From positions 153,698,001 to 153,762,000 of the forward strand of contig OZ024741.1 of the NCBI GenBank assembly GCA_964016885.1: a stretch of 64,000 nt of DNA. Direction: 5' to 3'. The notes under the pieces are model-generated. The model was not told where the DNA came from, ran no database searches, and was given only the letters and a program-made list of their open reading frames with translations. A program made the translations under genes and the position numbers. Position 1 is the stretch's first letter. Every line of letters begins with the position of its first letter. This stretch comes from Eledone cirrhosa (taxonomy: Eukaryota). Below, piece after piece: positions 11,791 through 24,341 of this stretch.

Positions 11791-14594
11791 GATTATATCC
11801 TTACCAGAAGACGTGACAAAGTGACTGTTGTAAACACTAAATCCCTCCCCCATGAAGAATGCACCTCCCAACATAGACTGATAATTAGCGACCTAATAGT
11901 CAGGACGAGACGTACTAGACAACAGAAGAGGACTATCCTCAGGAGAAAAATATGGAAGCTAAAGGACCCCACAGCCAAAAATAAATTCCAAAGCATATTA
12001 CTTGATGCTTTCGACAGTAAGGAAGAGCAATTAGAGTCGTACAAGGTAGAGGAACAGTGGGAATTCCTGAAAGCAAACCTGCTGACGGCGACAGACGAAG
12101 TCTGTGGCTGGAGCAGGCCTGTAGGCAGGAGGAGAGTAACATGGTGGTGGAACAGTAAGGTGGAGGGGTCAATTAAGGCCAAAAAGCAGGCTTGGAAAGT
12201 ATGGCGGGATGGGGGAAGCAGAGAAGACTATCAAGTGGCCAGGAGGGAAGCTAGGAGACAAGTGTACTTCGCAAGAAGGGAAGCAGAGGAAAGAAAGTTC
12301 AAGCATGTTCTACAACGTGAGGACCAAAAACGTGAGGTGTTCAGGATTGCTAGGCAATGTGTCAAGGAAAACAGTGATATTGTCGGGGAGAAGTGTGTAC
12401 TTAACGATGACGGCGTACTTGCCATCACCGACGCCGATAAGAAGGTAGCTTGGAAGTGTCACTATGAAAGGCTACTAAATGAGGAGAATAAATGGGAGAA
12501 AGACAGTCTCCCCCACATCGACCCAATAGAGGGACCAGCAGTGTTAGTCGAGGGTAGTATAATAAGTAAGGCAATCAAAGATATGAAGACAGGCAAGGCG
12601 GCTGGGCCTTCGGAAATAGTTGCCGAGATGCTGAAGGCATCTGGTACGGTGGGACACACCATGGTCACCCGGATAGTCAACCAAGTCATACAGAATGGGG
12701 TTGTTCCGAAGGACTGGCGTAGCAGCATCATCGTTAACTGTTATAAGGGTAAAGGAGATGCCCTAGATAGGAGTAACTATAGAGGCATTAAATTAATCGA
12801 CCAGGTCATGAAGGTCACGGAAAAAGTAATAGCGCAACTAATCAGAGAGCGAATTGATCTAGATGAAATGCAGTTCGGGTTTGTGTCAGGAAAAAGTACC
12901 ACAGACGCTCTTTTCATTGTACGACAACTACAGGAGAAGTACCTAGCTAAAAGTAAACCCCTATACTTAGCGTTCGTCGACTTGGAGAAGGCCTTCGACA
13001 GAGTCCCCCGTTCCATTATCTGGTGGGCTCTTAGAAAACTAGGTGTTGATGAATGGCTTGTGAGAGCTATACAAGCCATGTATAAAGAAACAGTCAGCAA
13101 GGTTAGAATTAGCAACGAATATAGTGAAGAGTTTAGTGTAAAAGTTGGTGTTCATCACGGCTCTGTTCTTAGCCCCCTACTATTTATTATTGCCCTCCAG
13201 GCTATAACAGTGGAGTTCAAGACCGGCTGCCCATGGGAACTCCTATACGCAGATGATCTAACGCTCATAGCTGAATCAATGGCCGAGTTAGAGAAGAAAT
13301 TCCAAACATGGAAGCACGGCCTAGAATCAAAAGGCCTTAAAATTAACCTGGCTAAGACTAAAGTTCTAGTTTGTAAGAAAGAAAATAAGGCGGCGGTCCC
13401 CTCCGGGAAGTGGCCATGCGCAGAGTGTAGGAAAGGCGTAGGTAGAAATTCCATTTTGTGTCCCAAATGCAAAGTTTGGGTGCATAAAAGATGTAGTGGG
13501 ATCACAGGTAAGCTAACTAAGAACATAGATTTTACATGTGGCCGGTGTTCTGGGGCAATAAGTAGCAGCAAGTGCCCACAAAATACTAGCTCTTTCAACT
13601 GCGCAGAGGGTTCTATAGAAATAGTGGACAGCTTCCGTTACCTGGGTGACAAAATCAGCAGTGGGGGAGGGTGCTCTGAAAGTACAGTAGCTAGAGTCAG
13701 AACTGGGTGGAAAAAGTTCAGAGAGCTTATACCACTATTAGCCGCTAAAGGGTTCTCCCTAAAAATGAAAGGCAGGTTGTACGATGCCTGCATACGAACA
13801 GCAATGTTGCATGGCAGTGAGACCTGGGCATTGTGTGCAGAGGATATACGCAGACTAGAGAGAAACGAAGCTTGCATGCTCCGCTGGATGTGTAATAGTA
13901 ATATACGTGAACGACAAAGCATAAACGAACTAAGGAAAAAATTAGAAATAAGAGGGATCAGATGTTGTTTACTAGAGAGAAGGCTACGTTGGTATGGTCA
14001 CATGATGCGCATGAAGGACGATAGCTGTATAACAAAGTGCAGGGCAATAAAGATAGGCGGTAGCCACGGAATAGGCAGACCCAGAAAAACCTGGGACGAG
14101 CTGATAAACTCCGACTTCACACACTTACACCTCACCAAGACAATGTCACTGGACCGAGACCTTTGGCGGTACTCAGTAATAGAGAAGACCCGCCTTACCT
14201 AAATACAAAGTAAAAACCTACTACAGTCAGTAGGCATCTCTAACAAAATACACCCCCGTCCCACCACCCCCACCCCATCCACACCGCCCCCTTCTATGTA
14301 AAGTTATGTTGGTGCCACACCATCCAGGCCGAAACAAATGAATCGTGTAGGTGTCACGACAAAAAAACACACAGTCCACGCTGTAATGTGGCCGTGTAGG
14401 CAACACGGTAAAAACCTCCCAGACCCACACTGTAAATGTGGTTGGTGTTAGGAAGGGCATCCAACTGTAGAAAACCTGCCAGACAGTCCTATGCGAGCAA
14501 GACAATCACTCTTGCTTCAAGTGGGAAAACCCCCGTCCAAACCCATGCAAGCGTGGAACACGGACGTTAAACGTTGATGATGATGATGATGATG
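11791..14594 (+). mobile_element. Young 5'-truncated RTE-clade LINE
   Basis: Begins in the last APE motif (DYILTRR), has an uninterrupted ORF to 14202, a ~390-nt 3' UTR and a (GAT)n tail. Confidence 0.95.
11821..14202 (+). CDS. RTE LINE ORF (5'-truncated): reverse transcriptase with inserted PHD-type finger
   Basis: 793 aa open frame: NYRGIKLI, QFGFVSGKSTTDA, FVDLEKAFDRV, GSVLSPLLF, LLYADDL, FRYLG, RLRWYGHMMR, GRPRKTW. No genuine start codon. Confidence 0.92.
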   Translation: MTVVNTKSLPHEECTSQHRLIISDLIVRTRRTRQQKRTILRRKIWKLKDPTAKNKFQSILLDAFDSKEEQLESYKVEEQWEFLKANLLTATDEVCGWSRPVGRRRVTWWWNSKVEGSIKAKKQAWKVWRDGGSREDYQVARREARRQVYFARREAEERKFKHVLQREDQKREVFRIARQCVKENSDIVGEKCVLNDDGVLAITDADKKVAWKCHYERLLNEENKWEKDSLPHIDPIEGPAVLVEGSIISKAIKDMKTGKAAGPSEIVAEMLKASGTVGHTMVTRIVNQVIQNGVVPKDWRSSIIVNCYKGKGDALDRSNYRGIKLIDQVMKVTEKVIAQLIRERIDLDEMQFGFVSGKSTTDALFIVRQLQEKYLAKSKPLYLAFVDLEKAFDRVPRSIIWWALRKLGVDEWLVRAIQAMYKETVSKVRISNEYSEEFSVKVGVHHGSVLSPLLFIIALQAITVEFKTGCPWELLYADDLTLIAESMAELEKKFQTWKHGLESKGLKINLAKTKVLVCKKENKAAVPSGKWPCAECRKGVGRNSILCPKCKVWVHKRCSGITGKLTKNIDFTCGRCSGAISSSKCPQNTSSFNCAEGSIEIVDSFRYLGDKISSGGGCSESTVARVRTGWKKFRELIPLLAAKGFSLKMKGRLYDACIRTAMLHGSETWALCAEDIRRLERNEACMLRWMCNSNIRERQSINELRKKLEIRGIRCCLLERRLRWYGHMMRMKDDSCITKCRAIKIGGSHGIGRPRKTWDELINSDFTHLHLTKTMSLDRDLWRYSVIEKTRLT

Positions 14595-15608
14595 AGCTAT
14601 TGGGTAAGGGTGTTAATTTTCGCCTGATGGTCCTTCAAAGCAAGTCGCTGAGTCTCTATACAACTTTGTAAAACAGCTGCATGTAATGCTTTGTGAACGC
14701 TATTGTCACCGTCTAATACTGTAATTGTATGTGTGCCTATGACAATTGATACTGTCACCATCATCGCTTTTGAAAATTCTGCTTAGCGAACCAGTCCTCC
14801 TCGTCCTGTCACATGGCTTAAATAAGGCGCCACCCTTTTCTCATCACATGACTTATTACCTCTGGAGCATGTTGACTCGTTTACGCTAGATCGTAAGTAG
14901 CAAGATTTTCACAATCATAAACTAACTAATCATTTCTATAACAATTTTTCCACATGTACCTAGGTTTATTTAGATTAATTTTAAGTCGCTTCTCTCTTAA
15001 GAAGTTTCCTTTTGTCTTTCAATATTCCTTCTCTTTCCTCACTTGTTTAAGCTGATTTGTTTTTGTTCATTACAGAGGAATCTTTGTAAAATATCCCCTT
15101 TCTCTCAAACAGCATGTTTTTCGCATCTCCTCTTTCTCTCTCTCTTGAGTTTGTATGTATATATATGTGTGTATATGGTGTGTGTATACACACACACACA
15201 CACAATATATATATATATATATATAAAAGAGAGAGAGAGAGAGAAGATAGAGGAAGATATATATATACGCACCGCTCTATCTCTTTCCTTCGTACACACA
15301 TTTCTTGCTGATATTTTGTACTTAATGATATATACGCGCGGTTTCTTGTTTTACTTTCATAGTTTTAGAAGGCTTGCAGTTCTAAACAACCGCTGGTCAT
15401 TTCTAAGACACTCTGTAGACGTAGCCATGCTGGAGCATTGAAACGAACACTCAAACACAAACACATTTTCTCTCCTTTTCATTCAAACATTGAATCAGTG
15501 TTTTTCTGAAATATAACAATAAACAAACAATCTGTATATCAAACATTTCTTTCATATGTGTTTTTTTCTGTATACACGTTGCTTGCATGTGTGTATTTCA
15601 TTAATTTT

Positions 15609-15658
<50 letters not shown>

Positions 15659-18600
15659 ACGATGTTTAAATTAATCCCTCATTTAGTTCAGGCTCTTTTA
15701 AATTAATCTTTTCTTGTTAGAAGTTCTAGATGAAGTTATTATATTTAGATTTATCAGTACAAATAACTTAATGTGGTTTAACCCTAGGTAAACACTGATC
15801 GAGCAGATCTATGATCAAAGGCATTCCAGCAATGACCATCTCGTCTTTTTCATATGTACAGAGTATCTAGGACCATGTTATCCAATTAAGACGCTGGAGT
15901 GTGATTTCAGGGGGGATATTTGGTTGCTGTTTCTATCAGGTTAAGCGAACACGATAGTTTGTGTAGGGACTAGTGTTTTCTCTAGCCACCAAAAAAGTAT
16001 ATTTGCTATGGTAATTTTTTTTATTAGTACACCCGTCTCTGGGGAGGGTGTTATGGAGTTCTCGGATGGGGGAATCAGAGAAAACGAGTAATTTATGACG
16101 GTTCTGAAGGCCCAAGACAAAAAAGCATAGGAAAACATAGATTATTTGGAATTAAAAAAAGATTTTTATTATTAAACTCGTCTCTAAGACGGTGGGTGTG
16201 ATTTAAGGGAGATTTAGCTGCTATTGTTAGTATGTTAGGCGAACACGTTGGCCCGTGTAGAAACTAGTGTTTTCTCTAACCACCAAGAAAGTATATTTGT
16301 TATATCTAATCTATATAAACAAATAAGAAGACAATGCATACACACATGTTCCTGTAACTCCCAAGGGAGTCGAAGGGGCGCCTTATTAACATACGGCGTT
16401 TCTAAGGCATTTTAAAACCTGGCGGAGCCCATCTCCTTTCCAGATCTGAGTACAGCAGATTTCTTCCAGAGGATAGAAAGAATGTGAGAATGGAAGTGAG
16501 AAAGAGCCCTTTCAGTATTTAAAACGGTAGGAGGGCGGAGGATTGACATAATCGTTAGAGCATCCGATGAGATTCTTGATAGTATTTCTTCCAGCTCTTT
16601 ACGTTCTGAGTTCAAATGGTCAACTTTACCCTTCATCCTTCTGAGGTCAATAAAATAAAGTTCCAGTCAAGTACTGGGTCAATATAAGCGGCTTTCCCTT
16701 CCTCATAAATTGTTGGCATTATGCCGAAGTTAAAAATCATTTAAAACGGTAGGGTGGAATTTGAGGTAGTTTTGGCTGCTATTTCTAACAGGTCTAGCGA
16801 CTACTCAGAGACTCCTTCGTTTATTCGTTGTTTAAGTATGCTGGTTAGTGCCAAATAGGGCCATCAAACGTATTTTAGACTTCATCTCTATACTAAGTAG
16901 GGTCCCAATTAATAATTGTGATGAGAATTATAGAATTAAGTACTTGAGTTTAAAGTTAAGAAGGATGGAGTTAATGTTAGCTGATTTCTACTTCGTTTGT
17001 GTATAGAACATGCATAATTTATGTGTGTATTGTGTGTCTGCGTGGGTATCTGTGCCTGTCTATGTGTGTATCTGCGTCTGTCTATGCATGTGTGTGTCTA
17101 TGCGCGGATTGTGTCTATGTGCAATATATGTGTCTATGCATCTCTGTATATGTGTCTGTATATATATATGTATGTCTGTGTGTGTGTGTGTCTGTCTGTC
17201 TGTCTGTCTGTGCTTATAAATATATATGCGTCTGTGTGTGTCTGTGCTTATAAATATATATGCGTGTGTGTGCATTTAAAATCTACTCATGCCGACATCA
17301 ACTCGATGTCAAAAAGCCACAGAATTCAACTAGAATGGCTGTTTCTGTTTACTCCATCCTGTTCCTCTTTATATACAAGGGCCTGCTGACTTATCCTTCT
17401 TTATAGATGAGGGTACCCTGCCCTTTCCCTCTTTATATATGAGTATCTGTCGTCATTACCCTCTTTATATACAGCTGTAGTTTGCCCTTTCCTTCTCCCA
17501 ATGTTTCTTTCCTTAATCCCCTTTTTGTTAGAAGGCTTTTAATTTTATCTACCGTCTTTAAATGTTTTGTGCCAGTCATAACCCCCTTCAGGCCCGTTGC
17601 CAGGCTTTGGTACTCCTGGAGGGAGTTCAGAACATTCTTGGTGGACACTTTAATTCACAATATTCTAAGGCAGTGTTTCAAAGGTAAGCATACCACTGTA
17701 AACTATTATAAATCTGAGGGTACACCAAAAGTAGAGGGGGAAGGGAGTCCCTTCTCGTGACACCCTCCCTTTCAGGGACGGGTCCGATCTTCTTTACTTT
17801 GTTCAGTCTATACCCCCACCTTATTTCTTCCCCATTTCCTGCCAGAATTTTAGACTATATTTTATCGCAAAACCAAATATTTTCTTCATTTGTTTACATA
17901 TGTTTTTCATTCAAACAGCAGTGAGCAAGAGTTTAGTTAGTTCTTAGATATTTTTCCAGAATTTATCTAGGAAAACTTGATTGTGGATTCTGCATTAATT
18001 TAGGTAAATAAAATGGCATATAATAGAATTAGAATGAAAGGAAAACCCCAACAATAAAATGTAACTGAAATGTACAAATCTTATCAGAACCATAAGCATA
18101 TTTCTTTTCTAGCACTCATATGTCTGTTTCAGCTTGTTAAGCTAATTTATTGGTAGACAGCAATTGACTGTAAAGAGCCTGTTGTGAGGGAGCAGGTTGG
18201 TTTTTAAAAAAATGTTCACAAATAAATCATTCCGAAAATAATTTTCACAGATAAATCTCAGTCAAATGGCACAAATTTACAATACAAAAGGTACCTTTTA
18301 TTTTCATTCACTTTCATTCTATATACCAAATGTAAAACATCCTCACTTGATTACTTGTATTAGTGGTATTGATCAAAAACTTGCTATTGAAATCTATTGC
18401 TTAAAATGGAATATAGACAATAATCACACCAGATAAAAACCATACATAGTAAAAAAAAAAATAAGACAGTATAAGATGAAATATAATTATTTAAGTTTTT
18501 AATAGTTAATATTATGAAACAATTTACCTGATAAAGTATAAGCTAGAAATTCAAATTCTGTATTATTTTTTTGCTAGAGGAAGTTGTTGTTTTGTAGGGT

Positions 18601-19675
18601 GGCAGGTTTGTCTGGTAGGGTGACAGGTTTGTCTGGTAGGATGGAGGTGGGGGGGGGGGAGTTTCTCTGGTAGGATGGGGATTTTGTTTGGTTGAGTGGG
18701 GTGTTTTGTCTGCCAGGATAGGGATTTTAATAGATCCATGCCCTTCCTCTCACAAACAACTTAGATAGAGGTGCATTTTATTGTGCCACCAGCACAATAA
18801 ATATTCCCCACAGTGTCAGTTTTTATTCAGAGTTACTGCTCTCCTAGGAGTTCAGACTCCCTCCATGCAAATGTTTATTTGGAGTAACTGCTCTCCTAGG
18901 CAGGTTGCTTTCACTACAGCTTATAGTGTCCTTATCTCCTCTGTACAATTTTTATTTGGAGTTACTGATCTTCTTGATGGGCTGCCCTTCATGCAATTAT
19001 TTATTTAGAGTTAACTCCAAATCCTAGGTGGGTTGCCTTCACTGTGGAAGGATGTAAAAACTTGTTTGTGCCTTTTCATGAAATCATTTAATGTCTGTTT
19101 CTCCTTGTTATCAAGGGCTAGGCAGGTCATCACAGACAAAATCAGTACTTAATTGGAGATACTGATCTCTCAGTGATTTTGTTAGCTGGCTATTGCAAAA
19201 TAATTTCTGTTTTTTTTCTGTGAAAATACTTGATGTTCCAATGAATACTCTTAAGAAGAGAGAATATATTAATCTGTGCTTAACTAAATATACCTGAAAA
19301 TATCCAGACAAAAATAGCCTTGTATTTTTCTCATGAATGAACTTAAATGACACAGTTTATCCCAGCAGTGTGCTGTGCTCTTTTGTGTATGTGGTTTCAT
19401 ATAGGCTAATAATGTATTTTCAGCCATTATATAGTTATCAGAAGATAGAAATGGTTGGATGACTTGTTGATGTGGACTCTATTGTGTAGCAATGATTATT
19501 ATGGAGATAGCTAATGAAAATAGACAAAAACATAGTTAGCACACATCATTATGGCTGCATTATAACACGCATATGCGAGCAGTTGGTAGAATTGGACATC
19601 AACCAAGCAGATTGAGATGGCTGTGGCAATTATTTGTTAGTGTCTGTTGAAAACTGAAATATGTTGGACACTTTT

Positions 19676-20225
19676 TAACCTCTTCATTAACATATTTTTA
19701 ATGGATGTCACTGCCTATGGTTTAATCTTGTTATCACATTTTTAATGAATGACAGTCTTTGGTTTTACCCTGTCAGTACTATATTTCTAATGAAAGACAC
19801 TGCCTATGTTTTAATCTTGTTGTTACCATATTTTTAATGAAAGATAGTCTTTGGTTTAACCCTGTCAGTACTATATTTCTAATGAAAGACTGCCTATGTT
19901 TTAATCTTGTTGTTACCATATTTTTAATGAAAGATAGTCTTTGGTTTAACTCTGTCAGTACTATATTTCTAATGAAAGACACTGCCTATGTTTTAATCTT
20001 GTTGTTACCATATTTTTAATGAAAGATAGTCTTTGGTTTAACCCTGTCAGTACTATATTTCTAATGAAAGACACTGCCTATGGTTTAATCTTGTTGTTAC
20101 CATATTTTTAATGAAAGATGTCTTTGGTTTAACCCTGTTGGTACTATATTTCTAATGAAATACACTGACTATGGTTTAACCTCTTCATTATCATGTTTCT
20201 AGTAAAATACACTGCCTATGGTTTT
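19676..20225 (+). repeat. Minisatellite, ~90-bp unit made of two ~45-bp subunits, ~5.5 copies
   Basis: CTGCCTATGTTTTAATCTTGTTGTTACCATATTTTTAATGAAAGATAGTCTTTGGTTTAACCCTGTCAGTACTATATTTCTAATGAAAGACA repeated. Confidence 0.9.
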
Positions 20226-21473
20226 CAAATAATTGATGAAGAATTTGGAGGGATTTACTAAAATTGTTAATAATTTCATTTCTAAGGTAAACATAAGGTT
20301 TTTATATAAAATTATGTTCAAAGATTTTAATTTAAATAGGAATCCTTTAAAATGGGTGGTTTTGTTTCATTGAACCAGAGGCAGTTTTAGGCGGGTTGGT
20401 ATGAAAATAGTTAAAATTTGAAAATAAAATGTAAAGTGAAATTCTATTCTGTCTTCTATGCTGTCATGTGTTAAGCAAATGACAAGCCAGCTTACCTGGT
20501 GATAGCTATTGTCAATTTATTTTCAATGCACCTTTTACAATTTGCTGCTTCACTCTATTTTTCTGTCATGGAAACAGACCTCTCTTTAGGATATTTATAA
20601 CAGGTTAAATTTTGAAATGTGTGAACACTATAAATAATAGTTGAGAAAATCAGGTAAGGTACCCCTGGAGACAAAAAAAAGTGGTCAGAGGCATCTGTAA
20701 GGAATTGAACCCCCACACCTCTCATAGGAGCTTTATTAATTTTTCCTTCTCCCAGTTTTCTTCACTATTAAATATAGTGATCAGCTATTATTATGGTCAT
20801 TGGCATTAGGAACACACATTTCAAATTTTCCCAATATCTCTTAATTCAATGGTACTGGTACATGTGGTATTTGATGACTTATATGACTCACTTTTTTCTT
20901 TTTCATCAAAAATAGGCTCATCAGGTTTTATATGCAAAGTTGAGTGGTATGTTTTATTAACATAGGTGCATATCTGAAATTACTAAGAAATATTTAATAT
21001 ATATTATATATTTTCTGCTGAAATGGTGGGGGTATTCTATGCCATCAAATATAGTCATTTCCAGCTAGTTAGGTAGACTGAAGCAGAGAAAATACTTGTT
21101 TTGTTTGTGACACAATTCCTGAAGCAAGGTATTTTTTTTATTTGTATTCAATATAAGAAATAATCATCATTGTTTAACATCCAGTTTTCCCTGCTAGCAA
21201 GGGTTGAAAAGGTTGTCACAGACTAAGTCAGTACTTAAGCAGAGATACTGACTTAAAAAAAAAAAATAACTACATTTTTGTACTTCTATTGCTGTTTGAG
21301 CTGCTAGAAATAGAAGCAAAATCTTCTTAAAATCATACCTTACCATCTGTACAAGTGGTTCACAAACTTATTTTGTTGTGGAACCCTTATATGATTTTCA
21401 AAAAAATTGCAGACAATCCCCATGCTTTTTAATTTTAATAAGACATTAAATGAAACCAATTTTTTTAGAGAAA

Positions 21474-21515
<42 letters not shown>

Positions 21516-21678
21516 ATAATGATATTATTTATAGTTATGTATACACTATATACAACTATAAACAGGAAAGGACAGTAATTCATTACTACCTTATTACCAG
21601 TTAGAAAAATAGCTGAATGTTTTACAGAGCAGTAATATAAATTACACAATAATCAAAGTTATGTTCAAATCATTTTAT

Positions 21679-21724
21679 TGCTGACAATCGTTTCTTCCAA
21701 ACTTCGTTTCGAATCATCGGAGCA
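21679..21724 (-). ncRNA. Type I hammerhead ribozyme (CCGAUGA core variant)
   Basis: Minus strand TGCT-CCGATGA-TTCGAAACGAAGTTTGGAA-GAAA-CGATTG-TC-AGCA. Confidence 0.65.
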
Positions 21725-22746
21725 CTAGCAATATTTGTACATATAATTAACCTCCTATTCAACTGAACAATCATATAGATACATGGATATTAATGTTGTC
21801 AACAACAGTTTCGTATTTACAGAGTGGAATGGATGCGACATATATTACAAGAGAATTGTACAATAATTAAAATTAAAAAGGCACAGAGTGGAATGCATGC
21901 GACAGATATTACAAGGGAATAGTATAATAATTAAAGAGGCATTAAGGAAGAAAGTTACTCGTAAAACAAGGACACTAGCAGTACATATGCAAGCGTATAG
22001 AGAGTGCAAATGCGTTAGACATATACATGAAGGAAACAAGCAATGGTACTAGGCCTATATTATTATTGTATGGCAAAGGTATCACATAAACTAACATAGG
22101 TTTACAAGCATATCAAGCAGGCAAAGATGTTTTTGTATTAAAATTATGAGTTTATGGTGGATGTAATGCGATGATTGTTTCTGTAATGTTCAAATGTGTA
22201 TGTGTTGAGAGTATCAATGTTATTGCTATCTTTTCCATTACATTGGTTAAATTTTATTTTAGTGAATGTTTTTAATTAGTTACAGCTATGGATTGTATAT
22301 TGGTCCTATTATATTGTTATCCTTGGTTCGAGTTGTTCTATAGTGATTTTGCTTGATATGCTTGTAAACCTATGTTAGTTTATGTGATACCTTTGCCATA
22401 CAATAATTATATAGGCCTAGTACCATTGCTTGTTTCCTTCATGTATATATGCCTAACACATTTGCACTCTCTCTACACTTGCATATGTACTGCTAGTGTC
22501 CTTGTTTTAAGAGTAACTTTCTTCCTTAATGCCTCTTTAATTATTATACTATTCCCTTGTAATATCTGTCGCATGCATTCAACTCTGTGCCTTTTTAATT
22601 TTAATTATTGTACAATTCTCTTGTAATATATGTCACATCCATTCCACTCTGTAAATACGAAACTGTTGTTGACAACATTAATATCCATGTATCTATATGA
22701 TTGTTCAGTTGAATAGGAAGTTAATTATATGTACAAACATTGCTAG

Positions 22747-22796
22747 TGCTCCGATGATTCCAAACGAAACCATTTTGGAAGAAACCATTGTCAGCA
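22747..22796 (+). ncRNA. Type I hammerhead ribozyme (CCGAUGA core variant)
   Basis: TGCT-CCGATGA-TTCCAAA(cgaaaccat)TTTGGAA-GAAA-CCATTG-TC-AGCA; GUC cleavage triplet. Confidence 0.72.
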
Positions 22797-24017
22797 ATAA
22801 AATGATTTGAACATAACTTTGATTATTGTGTAATTTATATTTATATATATATATATAAAACTCAAATAATATTTATCACATTTTATTAAAAGACAGTTTA
22901 TCTTGCAGAAGCCTAGAATTGTTTATTGTTGAACCCAATTTGGGAAACACTGGTCTCTACAAATTAGATGGGTTGCATATATTTAAAAACAAACTGTGAT
23001 TGCTGCACAGATAAGTCAACCTTTGATAGGTAAAGAGTCAATAAATAAAATTGAATCTTTTGATTCTAATATTGCAGAACAACTTCCATCATTTTTTTTT
23101 TGTTGATGACATTAAGTCTAGTGGAGATATTTTTTATTGCCTTGGAACATCATAGACTGTTTATTTCAAAACGTTTTTGCTATTTGAAAACTCCCATGAT
23201 AAATATTTATCATTGTTGTATTTTTTAAAATCATTATTGATTTGATAGATACACACATTTCATATGATAAGTGCTCATAAGGAGGTGAATTAACAGAGTT
23301 TTAGAGCAGCAGCTTTGAGGGTTTTGCAGTATATGTTCCAGTGGTTTGAGTTCACGTCCTGACATTATTCAACTTTGCTTTTCATCCTTTGGGGTCGATA
23401 AATAAAGTACTTGTTCAGCAGGGACAGTGGATTGATGGAATTCTTAAAGTGTTAGATGTGATGCCTTGTAGTGTCTATTCCAGCTTAGAGTATGTTTTAT
23501 TAAAACTTTTTTTTTACATTACAAACAATAAAAATGATCCCATGGTTACATTTGATTTAACAGACTTTTTCATTAATGGACACATCTCCCTCCTTATTAG
23601 TCTGTTAAATACAGCACTTGGACTCTGATCTTCAGAATCTTACATCTAAGGGCTGACAAAAAAGTCTTACATATTACAACAAATGGAATTGATTTCAAAA
23701 TATGAAAATTTTTAATTCTTTATGATATTCATTTTTCAATAGTAGTTTGTGTTGGTTTGATAGGTGTACAGATTTAATATTTAACACTGGTGTAAACATC
23801 TCAATTTTAAATAATATTTCAAACTCCCATATTACTTTGATAGTTATCAATAATAAAGTAAGGGATACATTATGAAATTGAACAACTATGGAACATTTTT
23901 ACCATTTAGAACTACTGGTTAGAGAACCAATGCAATTTCAATCATGGTTAGGTGTGTCACTATGCCACTAACTTTCTTACTTCTCCAGCAGTGTTTAGAG
24001 GGTCTAATACTTTAGAT

Positions 24018-24341
24018 CAGGGGCGTGCAACAGGCCTGCCAGACCAGTCAGAGTGGCCTGCGATGACCATTTTAAATTTTTACCTTGTAGGCTTATTTAG
24101 AATTTTTTTCGTAACCGTAATACAATTTTCTGTTAGTTGACCTGTACCAAATACCAAGTCTCACATTAATAAAACTAAATTATATTTTATTTGTCTTTAT
24201 TGTCTAAAAATATATTCAAAATGTATTTATGACTCAATTCACTGGTTTTCATTAGATTGCATATTTTTTACAGTGACTGGCCCTAATAGTTGTTCCAATG
24301 TTCAAAGATGGCCTGCCAATAAAATATGTTGCACACCCCTG
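24018..24341. mobile_element. hAT-family MITE
   Basis: 15-bp TIR CAGGGGCGTGCAACA / TGTTGCACACCCCTG; 8-bp TSD CTTTAGAT / CTTCAGAT. Confidence 0.85.

Larger units (their letters stand above)
21634..22841. mobile_element. Fold-back element: ~490-bp inverted arms, 230-bp spacer, HHR near each outer end
   Basis: 21634-22119 is the near-exact reverse complement of 22350-22841 (mirror ORFs 21845- and 22372+). Confidence 0.9.
21353..22952. mobile_element. hAT (Charlie/MER5-like) MITE interrupted by a fold-back element
   Basis: Ends AAGTGGTTCACAAA / TTTGGGAAACACTG; imperfect 8-bp TSD ATCTGTAC / GTCTCTAC. Confidence 0.55.

Noticed and set aside
11793-13922. Minus-strand ORFs over the RTE (and 8591, 9029, 44308, 44631)
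   Set aside because: Antisense shadows of the RT frame.
16999-17389. ORFs rich in CV/YI/HT dipeptides (also 354, 3715, 15043, 25657, 37111, 38179, 53175, 56258, 57308)
   Set aside because: Translations of (CA)n/(TA)n microsatellites.
20591-20652. Exon-like segment ending CAG|GTAAGG
   Set aside because: Stops in all frames; could be a UTR exon but cannot be supported.
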